DNA of 59,429 bases from NCBI GenBank assembly GCA_035545675.1, contig DASZYA010000029.1, positions 1 to 59,429 of the forward strand, read 5' to 3'. This DNA is from Patescibacteria group bacterium (GTDB lineage: Bacteria; Patescibacteriota; Microgenomatia; Levybacterales; GWA1-39-11). The notes under the pieces were generated by a model that worked only from the letters and a program-made list of their open reading frames with translations, was not told where the DNA came from and ran no database searches. Of the stretch, positions 26,883 through 35,576 are shown piece after piece; the first letter of the stretch is position 1, and each line of letters starts with the position of its first letter. Both the position numbers and the translations under genes were made by a program.

Positions 26883-27779
26883 ATGGCAAAAGATACTGCT
26901 CTCTATCAAAATCTTCGTGATAAATGGTCTACAAAGCATAAAGAGCTTCAAAAATCTTTGTGGGAGAAGCATGGAAATATAATTGATGATTTTGTAACTG
27001 GCACTCGTAATTTTGCAATAGGTTCAGTTTCAGCGCTTATGTTGCTTTCAAGTCCAGTAGCAAACAATATGCTTCCACCGTCTACTGCGATAACGGTTCA
27101 GGAAGAACATTTACCAGTTAGTAAAAATGTATTTTTGATCAATGATTTATCAAATATTCTTCCCCAAGAGGTAAGACCACTAACAACAGATGAAGAAAGT
27201 AGCGTCTCTGCCGTTTTAACGCGTGATTTTGGGGTGCCAATAAGTGCAGAGCTAGATGGAATAAGACTTAATAGGAGTTATGGTTATATAGGAGCAGAAC
27301 AGCATCTTGCTCGTTATCCAGGAGATACAATGGCAACACATTTTAGTACGCCAAGTGGTCCTACACCGCCTGAAGAAATACAAAAAGCTTATTCATCTGG
27401 TATGGCACCTGGTCTTGGTGGATGGGGATATTTTGCCCCTTCTGCTACTCAGATGACCCAAGAAGATTCTGATCGCGAGAAATACTATATTGCAGTACAA
27501 AGTTTTCTAGCCCCTGGTTTTGCAGATCACACAGGTGAATATATTAAATTTTTTAAATTTAGAAAAATGATCCTTGTTAATCCACAAAATGGAAAAGCAA
27601 TAGTCGTAGTAATTGGAGATGCAGGACCAGCTGAGTGGACGGGAAAAAGTCTTGGAGGAAGTCCAGAGGTTATGAAGTATCTTGAGCGTGTGGATGGGAA
27701 AGCACGCGGCGCGGTTCTCTATTATTTCATTGATGACCCTGATAATAAAATACCTTTGGGACCAATAGATATTAAATAG
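26883..27779 (+). CDS. Membrane-anchored hypothetical protein with a possible RlpA-like DPBB domain
   Basis: ILVNPQNGKAIVVVIGDAGPAEWTGKSLGGSPEVMKYL parallels the RlpA pattern V.N..NG..v.V.v.DrGP.....iDLS..A...L. Confidence 0.35.
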   Translation: MAKDTALYQNLRDKWSTKHKELQKSLWEKHGNIIDDFVTGTRNFAIGSVSALMLLSSPVANNMLPPSTAITVQEEHLPVSKNVFLINDLSNILPQEVRPLTTDEESSVSAVLTRDFGVPISAELDGIRLNRSYGYIGAEQHLARYPGDTMATHFSTPSGPTPPEEIQKAYSSGMAPGLGGWGYFAPSATQMTQEDSDREKYYIAVQSFLAPGFADHTGEYIKFFKFRKMILVNPQNGKAIVVVIGDAGPAEWTGKSLGGSPEVMKYLERVDGKARGAVLYYFIDDPDNKIPLGPIDIK

Positions 27780-27861
27780 TTAAAGAGTTGCGGGTTAAAG
27801 GGTTAAAGAGTTATTATGAACTCGCTAGCCCGTTAACGCTTTAACTCGTTAATAAAATATT
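27780..27861 (+). repeat. Octamer array spacer: (TTAAAGAG)n followed by its inverted form (AACTCGTT)n, giving a long imperfect hairpin
   Basis: Units are TTAAAGAG, TTGCGGG, TTAAAGGG, TTAAAGAG, then AACTCGCT, AGCCCGTT, AACGCTTT, AACTCGTT, AATAAAAT. Confidence 0.65.
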
Positions 27862-28188
27862 ATGATTAAACATTTTTATAGTTACCAAGTAGACATAGCA
27901 TCCGTTGATATTGAAATAGATTCTCTTAATATAGAGGATCATGAGAAAAATCATCTTAAGTCTCTTGCAGAATCTCATATTCACCATGTTGTAATAGATG
28001 CAGTTCTGTCAGAACTAGATACAGAAGATAAAAAAACATTTATGTCTTATCTCAATGCAAAAGATCATGAGAAAATCTGGAAATTTTTGCATGCAAGACT
28101 TAAAAACGCAGAAGATACTATAGAAAAAGCCGCAGCCGGTATAAAGAAAGAGCTATTAACAGATATCAGAAACGAGCGCTCTAAATAG
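27862..28188 (+). CDS. Hypothetical helical protein
   Basis: 108-aa ORF. No motif recognised. Confidence 0.4.
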   Translation: MIKHFYSYQVDIASVDIEIDSLNIEDHEKNHLKSLAESHIHHVVIDAVLSELDTEDKKTFMSYLNAKDHEKIWKFLHARLKNAEDTIEKAAAGIKKELLTDIRNERSK

Positions 28189-29233
28189 AAATCGGTGAAG
28201 GAATTGTTAGTCCGTCTCTGTTATTGACCTTCGGGATATTAAATACAACGAATCCATCATTTCCCTTTATATTTAACCGTTTTAGAGTAGTAAGCCCCAT
28301 TGCAGCATTTAATTTTAGTTCTCCTATAGCTGTTTCTACTTGTTCAAGATCAACTATTCCTAGGAATTTCAAAAAATCTAGGTACTGTGTGGGTACTTTC
28401 ACTCTAAGATATTCGCTTGGTGGAGGAGAGATAGGCATATGATGATGTTTTAGATCGGGTCTATAGGGAACATAATCAAGGTGATGATCCAGTATCTCTT
28501 TTTCCTCTCTACGTTTTAAGTCCATATGTTTTCTTAGACCGGATTGTTGAGCCCAAGAGCGTAAGGCTTTATCTGCTGCCTCGGTTGGATCAACCCCTTT
28601 AACCTTGATTCCAATTTCTTCTAAGGATGTTACAGCGTTTTCTATGGACCCATTTCTGATTTTTGCTCTGATAGCTTCTCGAATTGAATCAGTTAATAGT
28701 TGCATTCCATCTTCCTGAGGAATATTTATAAATATCATATCTCTTCTTTCTTTTGCTTGTTTTTCCAGGACGGAAGCTCCAGCGTCCCAGAGTCCTTCTC
28801 CGTAACCTTTTGCAACAACTTCATTAATCTGAACAAGGTGCTGCGTATTTGCTATGTGCTCCAATTGAATTTGGTTGGGGAGCCTATAATCTTCCCATGT
28901 ATTAGCGGGTCCTGCTATTCTTATTGCTTCGTCTCGTGCGTCATCCCATAGATTTTTGGCGACATTGCTATCTTTCCCTACTATATCGCATACTTCTCCA
29001 TATGCACTAGTTAATAAATTAATCATTGTAGTTTTCCCCATACCAGATTCACTAAAGAACGTTACAGACATATTATCCATCACCATTCTTTTTAGAACGG
29101 TTGGCATAACTTTTCTATTTCCAGCTGTGACCTCTGTGAGATTAAAAAGAGGATCGTATATGGGATCATGTTTTAATAGCTCAATACTTGCTGTAACAAG
29201 CCTTTCTTTTGTTCTTAAGTCAGGTTCTACCAT
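28181..29233 (-). CDS. P-loop NTPase of unknown family, translationally coupled to the histidine kinase
   Basis: Walker A-like FFSESGMGKTT at about residue 60. Its ATG lies 1 nt after the upstream stop codon. Confidence 0.5.
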   Translation of the reverse strand: MVEPDLRTKERLVTASIELLKHDPIYDPLFNLTEVTAGNRKVMPTVLKRMVMDNMSVTFFSESGMGKTTMINLLTSAYGEVCDIVGKDSNVAKNLWDDARDEAIRIAGPANTWEDYRLPNQIQLEHIANTQHLVQINEVVAKGYGEGLWDAGASVLEKQAKERRDMIFINIPQEDGMQLLTDSIREAIRAKIRNGSIENAVTSLEEIGIKVKGVDPTEAADKALRSWAQQSGLRKHMDLKRREEKEILDHHLDYVPYRPDLKHHHMPISPPPSEYLRVKVPTQYLDFLKFLGIVDLEQVETAIGELKLNAAMGLTTLKRLNIKGNDGFVVFNIPKVNNRDGLTIPSPISI

Positions 29234-29234
29234 A

Positions 29235-30392
29235 TTATTTGGATGATTCTGCTTTTGGAAGAGTAATTTCTATTTTTGTTCCTTTTCCTGGAGTTGATTC
29301 TGCTGTGATACTTCCATTGTGTCTTTGGACTATATTTTCAGCCAAAAATAGTCCTAGGCCAAATCCTTCTTTCGTATTGTCGTGTGCTTTGTAGAAGCCC
29401 TCAAATATATGTGGTAAATCTCTTTTTTTAATACCCTTTCCGCTATCTTTAACATATAGACCAAAGTATTCACCATCACTTGTTAAACCTATCTCAATGG
29501 TTGAGTCCTTTGGAGAGAACTTAGCAGAGTTATTGATAAGTATTATTAGTATTTGGAGTATCTTATCAAAATCAGAATATAGAATATCTGCTTCCCCATC
29601 TAATTTATTTGAAAATGAAAATTTATGATTTGGATGACTAACACGCGCATTAGCAAGAGATCTATCAATGATTTCTATTAGGCTATTGTTTTTCCACTCA
29701 TATCTAAATTGGCCTGTTCTAATTTGCTCAATCTGCATAAGTTCTTTAAGTAGGTTGTTTAGTCTCACGGTTTCGGCGTATAAAATTTCTATCCATTTCT
29801 GGGGGATTGCTTCTCCTTTCTGATTTTTCTTTTGAATCATTTGTGTATAGCCTTGGATGGTGGTCGTGGGTGTTCTGAGTTCATGTGCAGCCATAGAAAT
29901 AAATAGATCACGAGTTTTTAGAGCGCTAGTTGCTTCGTTATACATCGTAGTTTTTTGTATTGCAAGGCTTACCAGGCCTCCAAAAAATTTAAGAGTGTTT
30001 AGTCTTTCTCTTGTGAAGTGTTGTTCTCTTCTTGCTTCCACTGTCAAAACTCCAATTGTTCTCTCGTGATGGGTTAAGGGTATTATTACAGCGGATTTAA
30101 TCCCTACCTTAATTAGATTTGGATGTATCTGTCCAATAATTTTGCTCGATAAAAGTTGGGGTCTTCCGGTATTAAGAGCTTTGTAAGCGAAGCCTCCTTT
30201 TCTTGGTTCAGTAAAATTTTCTCTTGGAATGTTGGTATAGACTCGATTCAAAATACCATTCTTCTCAAGAAGTATCGTTCCATGATCTGCTTCTGTTAGG
30301 GCAATAGCTTCATTTACAGCAGTTTCATAAGTATCCTGCAGAGTTTGGGGAGACAAAAACTTTATGGCTGAATCATATATTCTGTCGAGCAT
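29235..30392 (-). CDS. Cytoplasmic GAF-domain sensor histidine kinase
   Basis: No TM helix, GAF-like N-terminal half, H-box AAHELRTPTTTIQGY, N-box LINNSAKFS, G-boxes DSGKGI and GFGLGL. Confidence 0.88.
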   Translation of the reverse strand: MLDRIYDSAIKFLSPQTLQDTYETAVNEAIALTEADHGTILLEKNGILNRVYTNIPRENFTEPRKGGFAYKALNTGRPQLLSSKIIGQIHPNLIKVGIKSAVIIPLTHHERTIGVLTVEARREQHFTRERLNTLKFFGGLVSLAIQKTTMYNEATSALKTRDLFISMAAHELRTPTTTIQGYTQMIQKKNQKGEAIPQKWIEILYAETVRLNNLLKELMQIEQIRTGQFRYEWKNNSLIEIIDRSLANARVSHPNHKFSFSNKLDGEADILYSDFDKILQILIILINNSAKFSPKDSTIEIGLTSDGEYFGLYVKDSGKGIKKRDLPHIFEGFYKAHDNTKEGFGLGLFLAENIVQRHNGSITAESTPGKGTKIEITLPKAESSK

Positions 30393-30447
30393 AAAAGATC
30401 AACTAGAGTATACATTCTTATGGGTGGAATCTCAACTTGTAGTACTT

Positions 30448-30453
30448 TATAAT
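30448..30453 (+). promoter_or_regulatory. -10 box TATAAT 7 nt upstream of the udg ATG
   Basis: TATAAT-ctgataa-ATG. No SD is visible. Confidence 0.4.
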
Positions 30454-30460
30454 CTGATAA

Positions 30461-31015
30461 ATGACAAAACAACAAAGGCTTAATGGGATCGCTCAGGAAA
30501 TAGAAGAATGTGAGATTTGTCGCGAGAATAGTATAGGTGTTGCTGTTGTTGGTGAAGGAAACCCAGATGCGGATGTAATGTTCATTGGTGAGGCTCCTGG
30601 AAGATTAGAGGCAGAGACGGGTAGGCCATTTATAGGAAGATCTGGACAACTTTTAAGACAAGCCATTAGAGACGCAGGACTTCGCGAAGAAGATGTTTAT
30701 ATTACGAGTCCTGTCAAATATTTGCCCACATATAAGACTCCTAAGGATAAGGACATAGAGCATGGGATGTATCATTTATCAAAGCAGATTGAGACTATTG
30801 ATCCCAAAATTATGGTACTACTTGGAAACGTAGCTACAATTGGTGTAATTGGTAAAGGACACTTTATAGCAAAAGAGCATGGTTCAATAATTAAAAAAGA
30901 AGGAAGAACCTACTTTTTATCTTATCATCCGGCAGCAGCTATAAGATTTGCAAAATTTAAGCCAATTTTTCTCTCAGATTTTAAGAAAATTAAAAGTCTT
31001 CTTGGTACTTCTTAA
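30461..31015 (+). CDS. Uracil-DNA glycosylase, family 4
   Basis: CEICREN..., GEGNPDADVMFIGEAPG and GRPFIGRSGQLL. Confidence 0.88.
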   Translation: MTKQQRLNGIAQEIEECEICRENSIGVAVVGEGNPDADVMFIGEAPGRLEAETGRPFIGRSGQLLRQAIRDAGLREEDVYITSPVKYLPTYKTPKDKDIEHGMYHLSKQIETIDPKIMVLLGNVATIGVIGKGHFIAKEHGSIIKKEGRTYFLSYHPAAAIRFAKFKPIFLSDFKKIKSLLGTS

Positions 31016-31246
31016 TCAATTCTTACTTTTCTTTTCTTTGCTTCTTAAATACAAAACTTAATATTGCCTTATGAAAATAAAAAAGACATTTAAGAAGACT
31101 CCCTTTTACGATTTTTGGAATGTTTTAAACGCCGATACGGGAGAATCTTTACAAAGAGTAACGGAAGAGAAAAAGAGTTATGTGATCCATCATAAATTCA
31201 ATACTACCCATTTATTCAATTTGAGGATGGGTTGGAGGTGACATTT

Positions 31247-31582
31247 ATGGATAGTACACGTTATATCTTAATTAGAATTGTAAATATAATTGGAGGAATT
31301 GTTGGGTTTATATTAGCCACAAGGATTGTTCTAATACTTTTCTCAGCAAATTCAAGCACTCCTATTGTCGCATGGATATATTCTGTAAGTGGCGCATTGG
31401 TATATCCTTTTGAGGGAATATTTAGAAGTCTTTCTTTTGGTTTTGGCACGCTTGATTTATCTGCTCTTGTAGCGCTGTTAGTTTATGCTGTGCTTTTTAC
31501 AGTACTTACAAATGTGATTAATTCTCTTACATTACCGTTAATCCATGAGGATGACGCAGGGCACGTTCATTCTCATATATAA
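31247..31582 (+). CDS. yggT: YggT family membrane protein
   Basis: SD GGAGGTG lies 6 nt before ATG 31247. Two-TM YGGT-like pattern. Confidence 0.6.
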   Translation: MDSTRYILIRIVNIIGGIVGFILATRIVLILFSANSSTPIVAWIYSVSGALVYPFEGIFRSLSFGFGTLDLSALVALLVYAVLFTVLTNVINSLTLPLIHEDDAGHVHSHI

Positions 31583-31600
31583 AACCTTAAGTACAAAAAT

Positions 31601-31629
31601 AAAAAAAGCCCCGATAATCGGGGCTTTTT
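31601..31629. terminator. Bidirectional intrinsic terminator
   Basis: A7-GCCCCGA-TAA-TCGGGGC-T5 between convergent genes. Confidence 0.85.
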
Positions 31630-31646
31630 AATTGGTAACAATCATT

Positions 31647-31901
31647 TTATCTGCTTAAGTTTAGGGCTCTTCCTAATGCTATAAGAACTACTGCTCCAAC
31701 TACAGCAACAACTAAGCTATATACATCAAATCCTGTAACTCCAGGTTGACCAAACATAGTCATAAGGAATCCTCCAACGATTCCTCCAACAATACCTAAA
31801 ACTACATCCATAAGGAATCCTTGCTGTGCATCAGTTCTCATTATTATTGAAGCTAACCATCCTGCAATTGCTCCAAATATTATCCATAATATTATTCCCA
31901 T
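31647..31901 (-). CDS. GlsB/YeaQ/YmgE (transglycosylase-associated) family membrane protein
   Basis: MGIILWIIFGAIAGWLAS with Gly-rich TM helices. SD GGAGGTG upstream. Confidence 0.8.
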   Translation of the reverse strand: MGIILWIIFGAIAGWLASIIMRTDAQQGFLMDVVLGIVGGIVGGFLMTMFGQPGVTGFDVYSLVVAVVGAVVLIALGRALNLSR

Positions 31902-31989
31902 ATTTATTCACCTCCTTCTTATGTATGAACTATTCTAAAAAAAATGGATTATAAGCAAATTAGGGAGGTGTAAGAGTAGGGTAAGGAAG

Positions 31990-32655
31990 TTATTCTTTGA
32001 TCACATATCCAAAGCCACGCATGGAGTGAATTAAAGGCTTTTCTGATCCTGCATCAATTTTCTTTCTTAAGTATCCCATATATACATCAACAACTCTTGT
32101 TTCGATATCTGGAGACGTCAGCCAAATTCTATTTAGTATCATTTCGCGACTCAAAACCCTTCCTTTATTACTCATTAGATATTCAAGTAGCTTAAATTCA
32201 GTAGGTGTAAGGTTGATTTGTTTTGTGCCTCTTTTGATTTCAAGAGTTGAGCGATCAAGTTCCAAATCTGCAACACGAAGCTTTGTGTCTGCGGTATCGC
32301 GAAGCCTAGCATGAATCCTTGCTATTAGCTCATTTCCATCAAAAGGTTTAGCAAGATAATCATCAGCTCCCAAATTTAATCCGTGTATAACATCTTCAGT
32401 CTGTCCTTTAGCAGTAAGTATAATAACTGGAATTTCAGCATATTTTTTCTTTATCTCTGCACATACTGCCTCTCCGCTAACTTTTGGAAGACCGAGATCA
32501 AGGATTACTAGATTTGGTTTGCTTTTTTTAATTAGACTAAGAGCTAGTGCTCCATCTTCTGCTATTTCAACCGTAAAACCCGCATCATTAAGAAGATCTT
32601 TTAAATACTCTTGAAGTGCTGAGTCATCTTCAACAACTAAAATTTTATTAACCAT
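31990..32655 (-). CDS. OmpR/PhoB-family response regulator
   Basis: Receiver domain (ILVVEDD, VILDLGLP, TAKG) plus a winged-helix C-terminus (LTPTEFKLLEYL, GFGY). Confidence 0.92.
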   Translation of the reverse strand: MVNKILVVEDDSALQEYLKDLLNDAGFTVEIAEDGALALSLIKKSKPNLVILDLGLPKVSGEAVCAEIKKKYAEIPVIILTAKGQTEDVIHGLNLGADDYLAKPFDGNELIARIHARLRDTADTKLRVADLELDRSTLEIKRGTKQINLTPTEFKLLEYLMSNKGRVLSREMILNRIWLTSPDIETRVVDVYMGYLRKKIDAGSEKPLIHSMRGFGYVIKE

Positions 32656-32733
32656 CTATTTATAATAAGAACGCTGAATACAATGTATAACAAATCTTTG
32701 TAAGAAGTGTGTAAGAGCAAATAGGGCCTAGAA

Positions 32734-33078
32734 TTAATCTTTTCTCGCTTTTTCCTTTTCTATACGCTCTGAAATAGTCTTAAGTTTGTCTGTGATTGCA
32801 CGATCCATATCTACGTTGGACGCAATTGCCAATTGCATTAAGGTTATTAAAACGTCTGCAAATTCTTGATAAATATTTCTTCTATCAAAACGTTCTAGTT
32901 TTGCTCTCCTTTGCAGTCTTAGAATAGATAAGATGTCATTGCATAGCTCTCCAACTTCTTCGTTCAATTTAACAGTTCGCGCCAATATCTCTTTTTCTCG
33001 GGGTGTTCCAAGTTTATAATCAAAGTTACTTTTGTTTGTTATCGATCTTACCTTTTCTTCTATACCTTTTATATCCAT
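32734..33078 (-). CDS. MazG-like nucleotide pyrophosphohydrolase domain protein
   Basis: LNEEVGELCNDIL and EFADVLITLMQLA (EExxE...D helices). Confidence 0.65.
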   Translation of the reverse strand: MDIKGIEEKVRSITNKSNFDYKLGTPREKEILARTVKLNEEVGELCNDILSILRLQRRAKLERFDRRNIYQEFADVLITLMQLAIASNVDMDRAITDKLKTISERIEKEKARKD

Positions 33079-33133
33079 AAAGCAATTATAGCACGTGGTG
33101 CAAGTGGTTATACAAATGTATAATAATTATCAA

Positions 33134-33553
33134 ATGCCCAAAAAAGAACTCAGTATAAAAGTTGATGATGATGTACAAGATGGTGAGGTTGTAGAAACTC
33201 AGTGGGATATTAAAAAAATTGGTATAGGCTTAGCACTTCTCGCACTCATGTTTATAGGTGCTTCTTATGTATTATTTCCCGTAGGTGGTGCGTCAAATCA
33301 TCCGGATAAGGGGGTTCTGGGAATTTCAGCAGAAAGTGATACAAAAAAACAGATTGATCCTCCACCTCTTCCAAATAGTCAAGATATTCAGCAAGTGATT
33401 GATAATGCAAAAGATACTCTTTCTGGAATAACGTCAGATAATTTAGTTTCATCTCAAGCCGCAATTCAACAAATAATTACGGATCTTCAAGTTTTGCAGG
33501 GGAAAAAGGATGCTAAAGCTGCAGTTTGTGCAATGATTTGTGGAGATAAATAA
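33134..33553 (+). CDS. Hypothetical single-pass membrane protein
   Basis: I prefer ATG 33134, with TATAAT 33119-33124 lying 9 nt upstream. One TM helix. Confidence 0.45.
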   Translation: MPKKELSIKVDDDVQDGEVVETQWDIKKIGIGLALLALMFIGASYVLFPVGGASNHPDKGVLGISAESDTKKQIDPPPLPNSQDIQQVIDNAKDTLSGITSDNLVSSQAAIQQIITDLQVLQGKKDAKAAVCAMICGDK

Positions 33554-34817
33554 AATGTTTAAAAGACTTAAAAAACTAGCAAGAGTTTTAGGCCCCGGTT
33601 TTATAACCGGAGCATCAGATGATGATCCATCTGGAATTGCCACGTATTCTCAAACGGGAGCCCAATTTGGTTACCAGCAGCTTTGGATGGCCGTGTTTTC
33701 TCTACCCTTTATGACTGTAGTTCAGGAGATGTGTGGAAGGATAGGTATGGTTACAGGGAAGGGAATTGCTGTAATTGTAAAAGAAAATTACTCGAAAACA
33801 ATTTTGTTTGTTGCAGTTGGGCTCCTGATAATTGCTAACACTATTAATATAGGAGCGGATCTTGGCGCAATGGCGTCTGCTGCCGGGCTTATTATTGGAT
33901 TGCCTTTTGTAGTTTTATTGATTATCTTTACAATTACAACATTATTGTTAGAAGTTTTTGTTCCATATCCAGCTTATGCGAAGATTTTAAAATACCTTAC
34001 ATTTTCTTTATTTGCGTATATATTAACTGCATTTGTCATAAAAGAAGACTGGCCAAAAATCATTTCTTCGACCATTATTCCTCGTTTTAGTTTCTCAGCA
34101 GAATATTACATGAATATTGTTGCGATTTTAGGAACAACAATTTCTCCATATTTGTTTTTTTGGCAAGCAGATGAAGAGATTGAAGAGGAAGTTAGCAAAC
34201 ATAAGCTTAAGGCAATGGGGAAAGGTGTTCCAAGGGTTATGAAAAAAGATATTAGAGAGATGAGACTAGACACAGTTGTTGGAATGTTTTTTTCTAACTT
34301 AGTAATGTTTTTTGTAATTCTTGTAGCTGCTTCTGCACTAAACAGTAATGGTGTTTTTGTAATTGGTACAGCAGATCAGGCAGCTTCGGCTCTAAGACCA
34401 TTTGCTGGCCAATTTGCATTCCTTCTTTTTGCAGCTGGAATTATAGGTACTGGGTTTTTGGCTGTGCCTGTTCTTGCCGGATCAGCAGCTTATGCAATAT
34501 CTGAAAGCTTTAAATGGAAAGCGGGTCTTGGATTGAAGCTCAAGCGCGCCCACGGATTTTATGGAGTTATAACTTTAGCAACTCTTGTTGGATTGATAGT
34601 CAACTTTACTCCAATTAGGCCATTTCAAATGCTTTACTATACGGCAATTATTAATGGAATAGTTGCTCCTCCGCTTTTGGTAATAATTCTTTTGATTTCA
34701 AACAACAAGAAGATTATGGGTGAGCATACCAACTCTAAATTCTCAAATATTATGGGAATAATTATTGCCATTATTATGTTTGCCTCCGTTGGGTTACTTC
34801 TTCTAAATATTTTCTAA
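33540..34817 (+). CDS. mntH: NRAMP-family divalent metal transporter
   Basis: GPGFITGASDDDPSGIATYSQTGAQFGY, about 11 TM helices. Confidence 0.88.
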   Translation: MEINKMFKRLKKLARVLGPGFITGASDDDPSGIATYSQTGAQFGYQQLWMAVFSLPFMTVVQEMCGRIGMVTGKGIAVIVKENYSKTILFVAVGLLIIANTINIGADLGAMASAAGLIIGLPFVVLLIIFTITTLLLEVFVPYPAYAKILKYLTFSLFAYILTAFVIKEDWPKIISSTIIPRFSFSAEYYMNIVAILGTTISPYLFFWQADEEIEEEVSKHKLKAMGKGVPRVMKKDIREMRLDTVVGMFFSNLVMFFVILVAASALNSNGVFVIGTADQAASALRPFAGQFAFLLFAAGIIGTGFLAVPVLAGSAAYAISESFKWKAGLGLKLKRAHGFYGVITLATLVGLIVNFTPIRPFQMLYYTAIINGIVAPPLLVIILLISNNKKIMGEHTNSKFSNIMGIIIAIIMFASVGLLLLNIF

Positions 34818-34830
34818 ACCTTGTCTAAAT

Positions 34831-35517
34831 TTAGCGATCTATCAAGTGGGTTAAGGGTTTTCCTTTAATCCAATTGCTTGTGATTGTTATGTTTTTCGGG
34901 TCGTTCAATCCAACGACCTCCATATCTACAGGATAAAGTCTTCCCGATTTTTTATCCCAGCCCCAATTATCTGTATGTGAAGCCTCGCGATAGTTTAGAA
35001 GATATAGAAGCTGGTTTCCTTCTGACTTGTTGACATCAAAAGTGGGATCAAGTCTTGTAAACCATTCTCGTACGTGCGAGTTGGATCTTGATAAGAGATC
35101 AATATTCCAGCTGGTTTCATCTTGATCGGGTGATCGTTTAATAAATTCTTGCATACCTTCAGGAATTGGTTTGAGATTGCTGCAGACCTCTAATGGAGGC
35201 ATAACCGCATAAATTTGATATTCATTATTAGGATTTTTGTAGGTTCCCCATTCAATTTGAGGATGAAATATTCCAACATCTCTAAAGTGTTCTAGAAGTT
35301 TTGTGCCATTTTTTAATTCTTCTTCTGATGAAAAAATATATTGCCTTTTAATGTATAGAAATCTACCGTCTTTATCCGATTGAAACGTACCAGAATGCCC
35401 TTCATTAAATCCTGCTTCACTTTTGAATTTCAAGAAGTCTTCGTATGTTGTTATTCCTTTAGGGATTGGAGTTTCATTACTCGATGATAAATCTTCAATA
35501 CCGCCCGTATCTACCAT
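34831..35517 (-). CDS. Hypothetical protein, possibly an atypical kinase-like fold
   Basis: ASHTDNWGW (HxDxxxxN-like) and YPVDMEV (DxE/DFG-like). By eye only. Confidence 0.3.
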   Translation of the reverse strand: MVDTGGIEDLSSSNETPIPKGITTYEDFLKFKSEAGFNEGHSGTFQSDKDGRFLYIKRQYIFSSEEELKNGTKLLEHFRDVGIFHPQIEWGTYKNPNNEYQIYAVMPPLEVCSNLKPIPEGMQEFIKRSPDQDETSWNIDLLSRSNSHVREWFTRLDPTFDVNKSEGNQLLYLLNYREASHTDNWGWDKKSGRLYPVDMEVVGLNDPKNITITSNWIKGKPLTHLIDR

Positions 35518-35560
35518 AGTGTATTTTATTCAAACTCATCTGCTATTTCAATCTGGTATT

Positions 35561-35569
35561 TGTTAAAAT
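35561..35569 (+). promoter_or_regulatory. Extended -10 TGTTAAAAT 7 nt upstream of the prfB ATG
   Basis: TGTTAAAAT-tagctct-ATG. No SD is visible. Confidence 0.45.
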
Positions 35570-35576
35570 TAGCTCT

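Noticed and set aside
31071-31241. 56-codon ORF (MKIKKTFKKTPFYDFWNVLN...) in the udg-yggT spacer.
   Set aside because: No SD or -10 box is at a suitable distance and no motif is recognisable. It overlaps the SD of yggT. It is kept only as a possibility.
31955-32730. GTGTAAGAG...TAGGG words on both flanks of the response-regulator gene (31967-31980 and 32703-32725), considered as flanking repeats or binding sites.
   Set aside because: Only a 9-mer plus a 5-mer match, in C-poor AT-rich spacers where such words are expected fairly often. There is no consistent spacing or symmetry.
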